Part shown: one piece after another, positions 1 to 12,544 of the stretch
Layout of the letters: the number at the start of each line of letters is the position of its first letter
Numbering within the stretch: position 1 is the first letter of the stretch
Source: Craspedostauros australis
Taxonomy: Eukaryota
DNA length: 64,000 nucleotides
NCBI GenBank assembly: GCA_030167865.1
Contig: JALAGF010000504.1
Coordinates: 62,001 to 126,000, forward strand
Direction of reading: 5' to 3'
Program-made: the position numbers and the translations under genes
Notes under the pieces: generated by a model
The model's database searches: none
Told to the model about the DNA's origin: nothing
The model's input: the letters and a program-made list of their open reading frames with translations, nothing else

Positions 1-1129
1 GTTGCACACACGACAACGCTCAACACCCCCGATAGCATAGATTGGGTGTTGTGATTGGGGAAGAATGCCTTGTGGTCTCCGAGGAAGGTTTTGACATGAA
101 GGACGTGTCATGGAAGACAGACGGGCAAACACAAACGCACAGACAAATAAACAAGCAAACAAACATACACACGCGAAGAAAGAAAGAGAAGAGGCGAAGA
201 TGATAGGAGGCTCCAGAGAGAGAGAGAGCGGGTGCAAGGTTGGAGTACGAATTACGCAAAGTATCGTGACACTTTGCATGCCATAGACTACTGTTATTTT
301 CCTTTCCCCGAGCCGGGTCCATTGTGCTGGTATGATGCCGGAATTTGGCAACCAACACATGTTTGATCATGGGTGTTAGTCCAAACCCAACGAACATCAT
401 GGTCATGAACCGCAACAAACAAGGTTGGAAAGGGAATGGGCATGTGTTCATCTGTTGTTGGTACCCTGATCTTGTATAGTGTTTCTGTATCCATGTCGTG
501 GGCGTGTTCGTACTCGTGCTGACAGGTGCCACGATCAATGCAATCTCACGGCCTGTTGGTTCCGTTGGTTCTGTTGGCCGAAGGCAGGTGTTATTGCGTC
601 TGCGCTCTCGGACAGGCGCTCCTGTTTGACGCGATGGAGAAAGAGCCCAGAAACATGGAACTACCGCATGGCAAATTGTCATCTGTGAGAACAAGCCTCA
701 CTGTGCATTCGCCAGCTTGATGTACCACAATGGGCTGGCTGCGTTGCTTCGGGGGCTTGGCTTTTTTCGTTTGCATCTGCAAACGAGGCAACTCTTCATT
801 TCTGCGCAAAGAAAAGTGACTTCCAGTCTCGGCATGCCCAACCGGGGTCATGGAGAATAGGGTACAAGTGCCGTGCTTCACACCACAGTAGTTGCCCAGC
901 ACCCCATTGTGCATGATGCGAGTAAGACAGCAAGCAGCATGACGACACAGGCCTTGTTTGGAGCAATTGTCGTCAGTGTCAGGTCGCCAGGCCTTTGGAG
1001 GCGCGCTGAGTATGTCACGACATGTGCATTGCCGTCCATCGCATGGGCTGCTGAAAAGGCCGAATGTTGCCACATCATACCACGTAGTACGAGGCACCAT
1101 GCTTGTGGCTCGAGCAAGCCCATGGCCTC

Positions 1130-2026
1130 TCACCGCAATGGTCGGAGTTGATTGACGTAGGTGTAGCAGCTGAAGACGACGAAGAGACGTCTGTACCACA
1201 CGAACTGAGACGCGTGGGTCGCCATGGCGTTCCAATTCAACGATGGCTCGTGCAGTCGATGTGTTGTGGCTTCGTTCTGCGTCGCGCTGCAGAGACGCTC
1301 GCATGCCATTTGGTAGGGATCATCTCCGATGAGCATGCGCACTATCAACAGGAGCCATTCCAACCATGGAACGTACTTCGCAACGATGTTGCGCTGCGAC
1401 ACCAGCATAGATGCTGTGATGGGGATGGCTCGTCGCGGGGACACTTGCAACTCACAACCAGGCTTTCTCGCCGCCGTCGTCGTGGTCGCCGTCGTGGTCG
1501 TTGCATTCCGCTTCATCAGTCGTGCGACACCGTGATACGTGTCGGTATGATTGACATGGCCGGACACGCCATGTTCGTCGAATGTGATCAGATGGATTTC
1601 GGAGATGGCCGACTGAGGTTGCTGCAGGGCGTCGATCAGTGCGGATTGTATTTCGTCAGCGACATCGTGAGCATCCCATCGTTGCTTGGGATGATCCTGC
1701 AAATGATCGCGCTGCAGCACCTGCCCCTCAGCATCCGAGAGCAAGAGCTTGCCTGCTCGCGCCATTTCTTTGCAACGCACCCTTCCCAACCCATCGTAAT
1801 CGCCAGTCGTCAGACACATAATCCAGAACAAAGGCTGTTGTTGCTGTTGCTGCTGTTGCTGCTGCTGGATGAGACCGCGGATGGTGGGAACAAAGAACAT
1901 GCTCTCATCATCTGGGTGGGCAATGACGAGCACGTCAAGCCGACGATACTCTGATGGCGTCTTGACCATTGCTGATGATGATGATGATGATGATGATGAC
2001 GCCATTCCTGTTGTTGTTGTCACCAT
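1130..2026 (-). CDS. PIGL: GlcNAc-PI de-N-acetylase (PIG-L/GPI12, GPI anchor biosynthesis)
   Basis: 298-aa ORF with AHPDDESMFF, LTTGDYDGLGRVR, ITFDEHGVSGHVNH and C-terminal HASQFVWYRRLFVVFSCYTYVN, all typical PIG-L motifs. Contains poly-S, poly-Q and poly-T insertions. Confidence 0.93.
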   Translation of the reverse strand: MVTTTTGMASSSSSSSSSAMVKTPSEYRRLDVLVIAHPDDESMFFVPTIRGLIQQQQQQQQQQQPLFWIMCLTTGDYDGLGRVRCKEMARAGKLLLSDAEGQVLQRDHLQDHPKQRWDAHDVADEIQSALIDALQQPQSAISEIHLITFDEHGVSGHVNHTDTYHGVARLMKRNATTTTATTTTAARKPGCELQVSPRRAIPITASMLVSQRNIVAKYVPWLEWLLLIVRMLIGDDPYQMACERLCSATQNEATTHRLHEPSLNWNAMATHASQFVWYRRLFVVFSCYTYVNQLRPLR

Positions 2027-2851
2027 CGTCGCATGATGCCCTCAGTAATTGGCATGGAACTTGTATCAGAATGTGTGCACTCTGAGAGGTTGTGTTGGTT
2101 GTGTGGCTGATGAAAGATTGCTCCGTTTCCCTTTGTGAGAAACGATGCGATCCATGCTAGACGAATGAAGCTAGAGAACATCGATTCTCTGGTTCTGGTT
2201 GTTTCGGCACTTTTTTCCAACATGACGTCACCATGATGCTCGGTGTCATTCTTCCGATGGGCACAAGGCAGAACAAAGATCGGCAGAAACGGTGTCGGCG
2301 ATGACCACACCAACATTGCCGCCATCAGAGGAAGAGAGATGAAGTGGAGGTACGTGCATGACATGATAGGCCGTTGGCTGTACGTAAGAGTTCCTCTCTT
2401 TGTGTCCTCCCATCATCCATCATTCATCATTCATCACCAAGAAAGAGAGAAAAGAGCCATCGCCAAGGTCGGTGGCCCCCCTGAGCATTCAACCAAGTAG
2501 AGCGCTCAGCATTGGTCATTGATTACTGCTCCACTCCATACACGTACTCATCACCCATTCCCACTCGACAACATCCAAATCGAGAGGTCACAGATCAGAG
2601 ATCAGAAGCAGAGCCGACGGAGTCATACCATACGAGCTGCTCGTCCAACGAACAGCGATCATCCGAAGAGCAGACGTTCTGCTCGGATCGATGCGAGCAG
2701 AGAGAAAAGGTGGTTCTCAACAGCAACTTTGCTCTCTCATTCTCGTACAACGTCCACTTACACTTACACACTTCCGCCAAGCACACTCAAGCAAAGCACA
2801 CTCACTCGGACTCGTCTCAACCCCCCAACGATCAATCCAACACCGGCTATC

Positions 2852-4680
2852 ATGTTCCGTTCCGCCACAGCCGCGGTCGCTTCTGCGTCCCGATCAGTGT
2901 CTGCCGTTGCACGAAGACAACAATGCCTGCGTGCCACATCACCATCATGCCGCACCTTCTCATCGGCAAACACCAACGGAAGCAAGAACTTCAATACCAT
3001 CAATTTCAACACTCCCTACAATGTGTGCTTCTTGCGGCATGGGCAGAGCACATGGAATCGAGACAACCGTTACATCGGGTAAGTTCTGCAGCGCTGTGAA
3101 TGCATGCGATGTGCGGATCGAGCCTCATGCTTGTACTGTGTGTTCTGTGATTGGAGTTTGCAATGGGTTTCCACAATGACACGCGCATCAGCATGATCAA
3201 CATCAGCATAGTCAGCAATCAAAGGCGCAAGAAACATCAAGCAGAACAAGCAACTTGGTGAGGTCAACGGTGGATACCATTGTGATCATGTTCTAGCACC
3301 ACACCCACGCATTCTCTGGCTCATGCTCAAACAATCGACTTCTCCATACTTCATTCATGTATTCAAATGCACATGGACATGGACATGGGCATGCACTTTG
3401 GTTGGCATCATTTATTACACGTACCAATGACATCAGGTGGACCGACACCCCATTGACGGAGGATGGTGTACTGGAGGCCCGCGTGGCTGGCAGGATGCTG
3501 AAGGAAAGCGGGATACTATTTGACGAAGTGCACACCTCGTTGCTTCGACGAAGTATCCGAACCGTGAATCTGGTGCTGATGGAGATGGGACAGGAATACG
3601 TGGACGTGCGGAAACACTGGCGTTTGAATGAGCGGCATTACGGCGAGCTGGTGGGGAAGAACAAGAAGGAGACCGTCAAGCAATTTGGTCAGGATCAGAT
3701 CAAGCGCTGGAGACGCTCCTACGATGAGCCTCCGCCCATCATGACTGAGGATCACAAGTACAACCCCAAGAAGGATCCCAGATACAGGAATGTACGTCCA
3801 TTCGTTCGTTCGGTGCTGGCTGTGCAGAGTGTGCATCAATGCATTCAATTGGCTGGATCTTTGCCAAAGTAGTTGCTTGCGTTGCGTTGAGATGGCGAGA
3901 GGACATCGTCATGCGATACAAATGAGGTCAGGCGATGTGTCATGCGATGTAACAACCTGCCAATTCCACCTCTCACCCGCACACATGTAAATGTTGCCTC
4001 ACACAATCTCTCTACTCTGCGTGCTTCCGTCACTCTCATTCCCATATTGATTTGCGTCGCCATCTGATGCGGCATCAATTCCTTTTCCTGCCTGTATGAC
4101 ACTGCCATACTGAATTATCAAACTCAATGTTGATCCTCGTGTACGCTCTACGCATGTTTGTGTGGTTCTACGGTTTTGATTGGCACAATAGATGCTGGAT
4201 AAAATTCCCAAGTCAGAGTCGCTGAATGAGACGAAGGAGAGATCAGGCGTGTACTGGGAGACGGTGATCGAACCCGCGCTGCGCGAAGGCAAGACCCTCC
4301 TGATAACCGGGCATGAGAACAACCTGCGGTCGTTGATAATGCAGCTGGAGGACATCTCGAGGGAGGACATTATCAACCTGAGCCTGCCACGCGCCGTGCC
4401 CCTGGTGTACCGGCTTGACGAGAACCTGAAGCCGATGGACCGGCCGGATGGCAAGCTGGACAGTGCCACAGGCTTTCTGCGAGGGGAGTGGCTCGGTGGC
4501 GACAGCGCCGTGACCAACGTACTGAACCGGGACCACAAGCAAGTCTACGACACGACGATCGAGCAGAATCTGGAGAAGGGAGACACGAGAGAAAAGTGGA
4601 CGCAGTGGCTGAATGCTGTGGTGGATCCCAATGAGGGTGTCGGCGGTGGTGGCAGCACCCAAACCAGCAACGCGAAATAG
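2852..4680 (+). CDS. gpmA: 2,3-BPG-dependent phosphoglycerate mutase (dPGM) with mitochondrial-type presequence; 3 exons
   Basis: Exons 2852-3078, 3437-3791 and 4192-4680 are joined by in-frame GT..AG introns. Motifs LRHGQSTWNRDNRYIGWTD, HWRLNERHYGEL, WRRSYDEPPP, PKSESL and GHENNLRSL. The N-terminus MFRSATAAVASASRSVSAVARR is R/S/A-rich with no acidic residues. Confidence 0.93.
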
Positions 4681-4681
4681 C

Positions 4682-4717
4682 AGCACGTATAGTAGCACGT
4701 ATAGTAGCACGTATAGT
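4682..4717. repeat. 12-bp tandem repeat (AGCACGTATAGT)x3 immediately after the dPGM stop codon
   Basis: Read directly from the sequence. Confidence 0.85.
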
Positions 4718-5491
4718 TGTAGGAAGGCATGGCAGAGTGGCGAGAGTGGAAGATGGAAATGGACGCTGATGCTCTGTGCAACCCCACATACATACCAAAA
4801 CTCAACGTAAAAGCTACATGTTGCGTGCATACAAATAACGGTACACATTTCCGTCCTATTATGTATAATATTATTATATTATATTATATTGTTAATACAT
4901 CGACGAGGGTGCATATGGTACTCTACTTCATGTATTACTATATACTACAGCACAACAAAACTAGAAAGAGTGGAAGTTCCACACAATTCTCGTTGGCAGT
5001 TGTTTTGCTGACCGGAGTTTGTATGCGCGTGTCACCTGGGTGTTCTGGCTGTGGTGGCAGTTGCGATTGTGGTTGGTGGAAAAGTTGATTGGCTGATTCT
5101 GTGGCTGACTCACTCGTGACCGAATCGAGAAACATTTGCGAAGAACAAATGATGACGACACCATCCAAAAGAACCAACTGGAGCTGGCACGAAGTCGATA
5201 CGGACGAAGAAAGTTCGGAACGACGCAACCAGACAGACTGACTGTCTTTGTCTCTGTGTCTGTGTCTCTCTCTGTCCGTCAGCTGCTCTTTTCGGTGTTG
5301 TCGATGATGACGCAATTCCACCTCCGTCCGGCACCATCGCTGTCGCTCCTTCTCTCTTGCGTCCTCTCCTTCCTTCTTCTTGACTCTGTGTGCGTGTTTG
5401 AGCCTGTTGCAGTCGTTCCAGGTGTACCGTCAAGGTTGTTGTTGAACGTCAAGGCTGACGAATCTCTCTCGTGGGCACACAAAATAAAATC

Positions 5492-5521
5492 CAAACAAAA
5501 CAAAACAAAACAAAACAAAAC
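5492..5521. repeat. (AAAAC)n microsatellite
   Basis: Read directly from the sequence. Confidence 0.85.
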
Positions 5522-6267
5522 GAGACGAAGAAAGCCAAGCATCACACAACCCCTTTCAGCACCTTCTCCACTCCTGCGACAATCAAGCAAGCAAGAAAGA
5601 GAAGAACAGCAAGAGCATCATCCATTTCGCTTTGTTTCGCAACGCATTGGATTCTGTCGGCGATTAACTCCTCCCCACGTTCGCACGTGTAATAGGTCGT
5701 ACCATAACCTGTCCCATCACGCCGCCGCTCTTTCCACCACACACGAGCTGCATATAATATTATATAGTCCTTGTACTGATATAATAGAATAGCACCGATC
5801 TGCTCCTGCGCAATATACTCGCAGATCTGGACATCCACACAAACACGATCGTGCAGTTGGTTGAAGTTGAACAGCCAACGCAATCCTCGAGCACGGATTC
5901 CGCACAAGAAAATCAAGCCGATCTGCCTGATTGGGCTGTTCCCATCCAACAACCGCATTGACACATCACCGCACGATCTCTTGGTCGTGCCGCACAGACC
6001 AATTGCCGGAGAGGCGCGCAAAGACGCAAGCCAACCGAGAAACGGCCAAAAGCACAAACAAGGAGCACGTGCACCAAGATACTCCACTTGCATACATCAA
6101 CGTCATCAATTATTCATTATTCATTAGCGCAATCACACGAACAAGCACTCAGCAATCACAGCGCAACACAGCACAACAAAAGACAAGAATACGGCCAGAC
6201 CACGAGCACAAGGATCCCCATTCGAAACAGCATGAAGATATCATCTGCGCAAGCACGAACAGCAACC

Positions 6268-8560
6268 ATGGCGCCAGCCTCGAACCAAGGGCAGCGCCGC
6301 TCGCGACGCCATCAGCAAAGTCAGCATCAGCACACGCACGGGCAGAACCAGAGTCAGCGGCAGGCGAAAAGAGCGCTGCGAGTGTGCGCGGCTGCGACCT
6401 TCCTTGGCTGCATCTCGCTGCCGGCTGCTTGCGAAGCGTTCCAGCATGCTCAACCCCAAAACGCCCGCAGCAGAGGCCATGGCCTTGAGGTCCCCGTTCA
6501 GCATGCGAGTGCCCTCCCTGTGGCGTTTCGAGTTCGCACCGAGGCACCCTACGCTGCGCAGCGGACGCGAGGGACGGCCACGTTGCTCCGGTCCACCAAT
6601 CCGCGCCGATCTGCGTCCTCCAGGAAGCTGGAGTCGCAACGCGTCACGTCCATGTCGGCGATGGCCGCTGCGACGGCGGAGGCACCTGCGCAAACAGCAC
6701 AGCCCGTCAAACGAAGGGGAAGGGGGCGGCCGGCGGCCAAACCTGCCGGTGGTACCTTCGAGCAGTTTAACGCCATGCTCGATCATCGAATTCTCACGGC
6801 CGCAGAAGAAAAGGAGCTGGGAGCCAAGATCCAAAACTCTATCAAACTCAAGGAACAAATCGCCACATACCTCGAGGTAAAGGAACACAAGGCCAGCGCG
6901 AAGCGAGAGGAGCGACTGTTGGAGGCCATGAACAAGCAATACGAACGTCACGGGGAGGACGACACCGATGATGATGATGATGACGATGATGACGACTACC
7001 TGGATGGTTCCGGGTACGCAGCAGACCAGCAACAGAGCTTCGATTACTCGGAGTATGCCGAAGATGGCGACGACCCCTTCGGCATCCTCACACGTGCCAC
7101 CACTTCTGACGGGGTAGACGATGACGATCTGCGTCATTTCGCGGCGCACAGTGTCGCCGTGGACCCCATGCGTCAGTTCGACTCCGATAGCTTCGCCACG
7201 AGGGCCTTCCAGACGGTGGAGACCGAGACGGATTACGAATCTATTGATTCCATTGAGCTCGTCACCTCACCTCTCACATTTGACTTTCAGTCGAACGGCC
7301 GTGCTGCTGCCGCCTCAATGCCGTACAGGACCACATCCCAACCCTCGGGTTCTCAGTTTGTCGACATCGACAGGCTCGATGACCACGACATCGTGGCAGG
7401 GCTGGGCCTGCCCGGTGGTCGCAGACAGCTGAATGACATCCTCCTGCAAGGGGCCATAGCACGAGACACCCTCATCCGATCCAACATCAAGCTGGTCACC
7501 AGTATTGCCAGAAAATGGGCAAGGCAAACCGCGTCTATTCCTGATGCAGATGGCGCGGGCCGACGTGCTGCCGTGTACAAAGCATCATGGAACAGACCCT
7601 CCGTGGATGAAGCGGTTCAGGAGGGCATCCTGGGCCTCACCATCGCAGCCGATAAATTCAGCCCGGAACGGAATCTCAAATTCGGCACCTACGCCACCTA
7701 CTGGGTCAGAAATTACGTCCGGCAATGCTACAATAAGGCCAGCACAGGATGCTTGCGCCTCCCGCGCAATTACCACGATACCAAGGCCAGCTACAAAAAG
7801 GTGGTGCGGGAGCTCTACAAACAGCACGGCCACTTCCCTTCCATCGCGATGGCGGCGGAGAAGATGGGCATCACCGTGCCCAGGTTGGAGCTCATTCTGA
7901 AAGCCACGCGGCCCCTCCTTTCCATAGATGCACCCAATCCTAATTTCCGCGGAGTGGGTCAGGCCGGCAAGGCAGGCTCCGATGACTCATCCAACGAGGC
8001 GGCGCTCGTCCTCGCCAACTCGCTTCCATCGTAAGTTCGCCTGGTGTCTCATTCATTCTCGTTGTTGTTGCTACTGCTACTGCTGTTGTAGAATCTGTGA
8101 TTGATCGCGATGACATGAACGACTCTCACCTTCTCCGCTTCTGTTCCAACCAATATTCCATCCTGGCACGCACGTGCATCAACAATCGCACATTCATGCG
8201 TGTCCAATCACATCATGTTCAACACATATCAATGCCGATGCCATTCTGCCTCACGACAGTGATGAACCACAGCCAGTAGATCAAGTGGAGATGTCCTTGC
8301 TGCGACAATGCTTGGAGAATGCCATGGCGACGGAACTGTCGCCACACGAGAGGGATGTCATTCGATTGAGGCTGGGGCTGGATGACGGCATCAGCCGAAA
8401 TGTGCGCGAAGTGGCGGAGATCTGCGGCGGACGCCTCACCTTGAGCGACATTCGTGCATCCGAGATTCGGGCGTTCCAAAAACTCAGATCGCCGGACGCC
8501 GTCCGAACGCATCAGCTCTCATCCTACCTGGACTTGATCGGTGTGGATGTTGCAGTTTAG
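6268..8560 (+). CDS. Nuclear-encoded plastid RNA polymerase sigma70-family factor; 2 exons
   Basis: Exons about 6268 (or 6232)-8030 and 8260-8560, with intron GTAAGT..CAG in frame. Region 1.2 HRILTAAEEKELGAKIQ. Region 2 ARDTLIRSNIKLVTSIARKW...QEGILGLTIAADKFSPERNLKFGTYATYWVR. Region 3 LRLP...AMAAEKMGIT. Region 4 LSPHERDVIRLRLGLDDG. Hydrophobic leader ending CEA-F resembles a bipartite plastid signal. Confidence 0.92.
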
Positions 8561-8930
8561 ACTGGCTCAGTGCACTTACTCGTAAGACTACGCGACGGAT
8601 ACGTAAGTTAGAGCAGGGTCGGACATAATAGAGTATCAAACCACAGCCCAGCATTCTTTAGCAAAAATAAGTAGAGTAGTGGCAAAGCACATCATTCCGC
8701 TCCTCTTTCCAGAGAGACAGAGGACGCAAATACCGCGCATATTTTTCAGCAGAGTGGATGAACCGTATTGCACGTAGTTCTTTGTTAGAGGCCATTCAGA
8801 TCACCCTGAGTCGGTTGATGCTTGTGGTCCGCGCACTCTGCAAGTATCGGTGTCAACGTGAAACTCGTCGTACTCGTGCACAGCTCGTCCTGGACTCGAG
8901 GAGTAGTCGTAATGATGACAGAAAGATCTT

Positions 8931-8936
<6 letters not shown>

Positions 8937-8964
<28 letters not shown>
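8937..8964. repeat. (CT)14 microsatellite
   Basis: Read directly from the sequence. Confidence 0.9.
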
Positions 8965-9579
8965 AGACTTCTGTTCAAGGTGACCGGACTCGAATGTGGA
9001 TTTGAACATCATTTGAATTGAGTCGATCAAATCGATTGACATGATTGAAAGCGCGCCAAAACTGGTGCTTTAACGGCTTTACCGAGCAGATAGGGTTTTC
9101 GAACAAAAGAAACAAGATCGCAATGACGACTGCGCCTCGATCCTCGCAGCGCTGTTGCACCATTTCAGCAATCCTCACCACCCAGCAGCCTGTGGACACA
9201 CAAACGAAAACTGAAGACCCCAGCTCTACCACATCTTGCGCCATCCTCTCTCACACATTCCTTCAAGCCTCCCTGCCATCCGCATCGCGGAACAGCATCG
9301 GTGAGTACCCGCGCGTATCTACCTACTCCACTGCAAGCAGATGCATTTGACAGCATTCATTCATTCATTCATGTCAGCGCGCCTGGGACTGGTGCTTCAT
9401 TGCCGGCGCCAGAAGTCTCGCCGCAGCAATCGGAAACCATGCGCATGACGAGGCATTGCATATGACGGTGGAGAGTAGAGTACTTGAGCCCTCCAGTGCA
9501 CTCCACTGAACCCCACTGAACTCCCTGTACTCTTACCAGCTCAAATGCATACCCCAGGATTGTTCTAATACGCTTGACC

Positions 9580-12017
9580 ATGGACTTCGACAGCTTTCTG
9601 CCTCGTCTGTGCCTCGGTAAAGACCGGTTGTACTCACTGCTCGTACATACTCTGCATCGAACCGCACATTCACACATACCCGTACATACTCGCGCACGCG
9701 TCCATCGCATACGTACAGCATACATACTATACGGCATCCATACGCACTTCCTGGTTCAGCCATGTTTTTGCCAAACAAGATTCCGGGCATGATGATGAGT
9801 ACCCGCCAGGCGGCCATGGCCCTTCATCAATACGAACATGTGAAAATGATATCCAACGAGCGAGATGTCATGAAGGCCACTCTCATGCACTTCATGTGCG
9901 AGATGGGCCGACTGGATACCATTCAAGAGATCTTCAAGAATTTAAGAGAGCTCATCGACACGATCAACACTTACGAACAGGGCTGCGATGATGCGGAGGA
10001 GCCTCCTTTGGAGTTCGGCACGGCGATCAACATCACTCTCCAGGACAAGAATGGTCGTACAGCAATACACCTTGCTTGCATGAACAATCACAAGGAGGTG
10101 GTTAAGTGCTTGCTGGAGCTGGACGAAGCTGCAGAATGCCTGGGCATCGAAGACTGCCGAACTGGCTTCACGCCTTTCCACCAAGCATGCGCCACTGGCT
10201 CCGCCGATCTGGTCAAGTGCATATTGGACTCGCACGCCTGCAATGTCGATGTCAACATGCAGGGAGAATGCGAAGAGACTCCATTCTTCGTTGCATGCTC
10301 TCGGAAGGAAAGCGACGTGGCCCGCTGCCTCATCGACCATTTCCCAAACACCATCGACGCCAACATTATAAACGACGCCACAACAGCGATGCATGCAGCT
10401 TGTGAAAATAAGCTGGATGACGTGGTGAAACGTTTGATCGAATCAAGCACGATCAATGTTGATATGAACATTCAAGACTCGAAGGGCACCACTCCGTTCC
10501 ACAAGGCCTGCGAAAATGGGCTGATCGGGGTGGTACTGTCCCTGATCCAGTTCAATCAGCTTGGAACGTCCGCAGATATCAAAAACCACGACGGCGTCAC
10601 AGCATTCCATTTCGCCTGCCTGAGCGGCTCTCTGGAACTGGTCAAGATATTCCTGCAGTCGGACAAGCTCACCGCCGACTTGACCAGCCGTACCAAGGAC
10701 GGTGAGACACCCTTTCACTTTGCTTGCAAGTGCGAAAATGGCGACGTTTTCAAGCTCTTGGTGCAATGGAGTGTGAGAAATCCAGGCACCGTCATCCAGA
10801 ACTGCGACGGCCATGCCCTGATCCGCCTCTCGTGTGCCCGTGGCCACAGAGACATCGTTGAGGGTCTGCTCCAAGCCGATCAAGCCGGCATGGACGTCAA
10901 CGTCCCGGATCATTATGGCTGCACCGCATTCCATTACGCCTGCAGGTCTGCAGACAGGACCATGGTGGAGTGCTTGGTGCAGTCAGATCGATTCCATACT
11001 GACATCAACACCACAAACAGGATGGGATTGACGTCGATGCATTTGGCTGCTGGGAATACGCAAACGGGCGTGATCCAATACTTGATTGCCCTGAACCCCA
11101 CAGCCAGTGCCATCTTCATTCCAGATATGTTTGGCAACGTGCCATTGCACTACGCGTGCTTGAATGGTAACAAGGAGAGCACCGAGGCTTTGCTGCGAGT
11201 CGGTCGCGTTAAGAGCAACGTCAATGTTCAAAATCGCAACGGCGATACACCCTTCCACCTTGCCTGCAAGAATGGACACGCCAACGTCGTTGACTCTTTC
11301 ATCCAATCATACGGAGTCGTTGTCGACGACAATATCCAGAACAACGATGGTGACACAGCCTTCCATCTCGCTTGCGCCCACATGAGACGCAAGGTGATCC
11401 TGGGCATGATGAAGACAACCAAGTTCACCCTGGACCTCGGCCTCCAAAATAAGAAGGGCAACACCGCCTTTCACATCCTGGCCGACAATGACAACCACGA
11501 CGAGGACGAGCCGTTTCTACCGTCAGTGCTGGCCTTGCTGGATCCCAAGCAGCCCACATTTGATGTCAACCTACAGAATGAGAATGGGAATTCGCTACTC
11601 CATCTTGCCTGCGGCGAAGACCAATTCTCACCAGCAAACATGGAGGTGGTGGACTGGTTGTTAGCACCACGCACGGTGTTCAAGGCTGATGTCAACATTC
11701 GAAACACCTCCTGTCAGACGCCAGTGCATCATGCATGCGACGACGAGGAGCGGAAGTTGATCGTGGTAATGAGCACTCATGGTACTCCCAACCTCACGCT
11801 CAAAGACTGCAATGACCGAACTCCGTTGCATGGCCTGTGCGAGACCGGAAAGCTGGAAGACTTGAGGCAGCTTGCATCTGCAAAGAGGAATACGATTGTG
11901 CAGTGTGCCTTCAATTCAATGGACGCGTACGGCCAGACACCTTTGGATCTCGCAAAAAAGAATGATCATTACAACATGGTGTCGTATTTGCAGTCCCTGC
12001 GCATGCGTTCGAGTTAA
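9580..12017 (+). CDS. Long ankyrin-repeat protein
   Basis: 751-aa ORF 9762-12017 made almost entirely of G-x-T-[AP]-[FL]-H-x-A-C ankyrin repeats (roughly 18). A small first exon at 9580-9616 (MDFDSFLPRLCL; GTAAAG..CAG intron 9617-9759) would splice in frame. The start is uncertain. Confidence 0.9.
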
Positions 12018-12544
12018 CCTCGCAGAAGCAACAGCGCGCTGTTGAAGTTGGCCTTGTGCCGTGGTTCGGATGCAGGTCGCTTGGTGGGGAAATGAGCGAA
12101 GCAGAGTGGAGTGAAATGAAGTGAAGTGCAGTGAAGTAGATACAAATAGTAATACGCATCGCAATGTAAGCGTCGCCCTTATGATTTGCGCGCTTGTGCC
12201 CTTGTATCACGCAGGACATACGAGTGCGGTAGGACAATTAAATCGAATTGACATGAGCTCAACCAACAGTGTCGTATTTTAGGTACAGGCCTACCATGAT
12301 GATGACGGCGACTATGTTCGATTCAAAGGAGTACCCGCATCACCATTGATGGAACTCATGTATGGTACGGGTATTGCTGTGATAATCTGAAGTGTAAGTC
12401 GTAAATTAGTCATCTGAGGAATACGCTGCTCTATCTACTGATTGCTGTTGTGCATTATGGCGCCCGATCAGCAACTAGCTACAATTACACATCAACAAGT
12501 ATTATCCCATACATGCACCGCTGGACGCCCCACTTTTGATCCAA

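Noticed and set aside
1-1129. Several minus-strand ORFs (20-694, 591-1304) and a possible gene start near the left edge
   Set aside because: No recognisable motifs and microsatellite-derived residues. It looks like a 3' UTR plus the promoter or 5' leader of a gene outside the window, and the frame cannot be fixed.
4700-6230. ORFs of 100-218 aa between dPGM and the sigma factor
   Set aside because: Translations are dominated by simple repeats with no coding signature; likely UTR or promoter.
6268-8560. Bacterial origin or contamination suggested by sigma70, gpmA and L20
   Set aside because: All have spliceosomal introns and organelle-targeting leaders and sit among eukaryote-specific genes.
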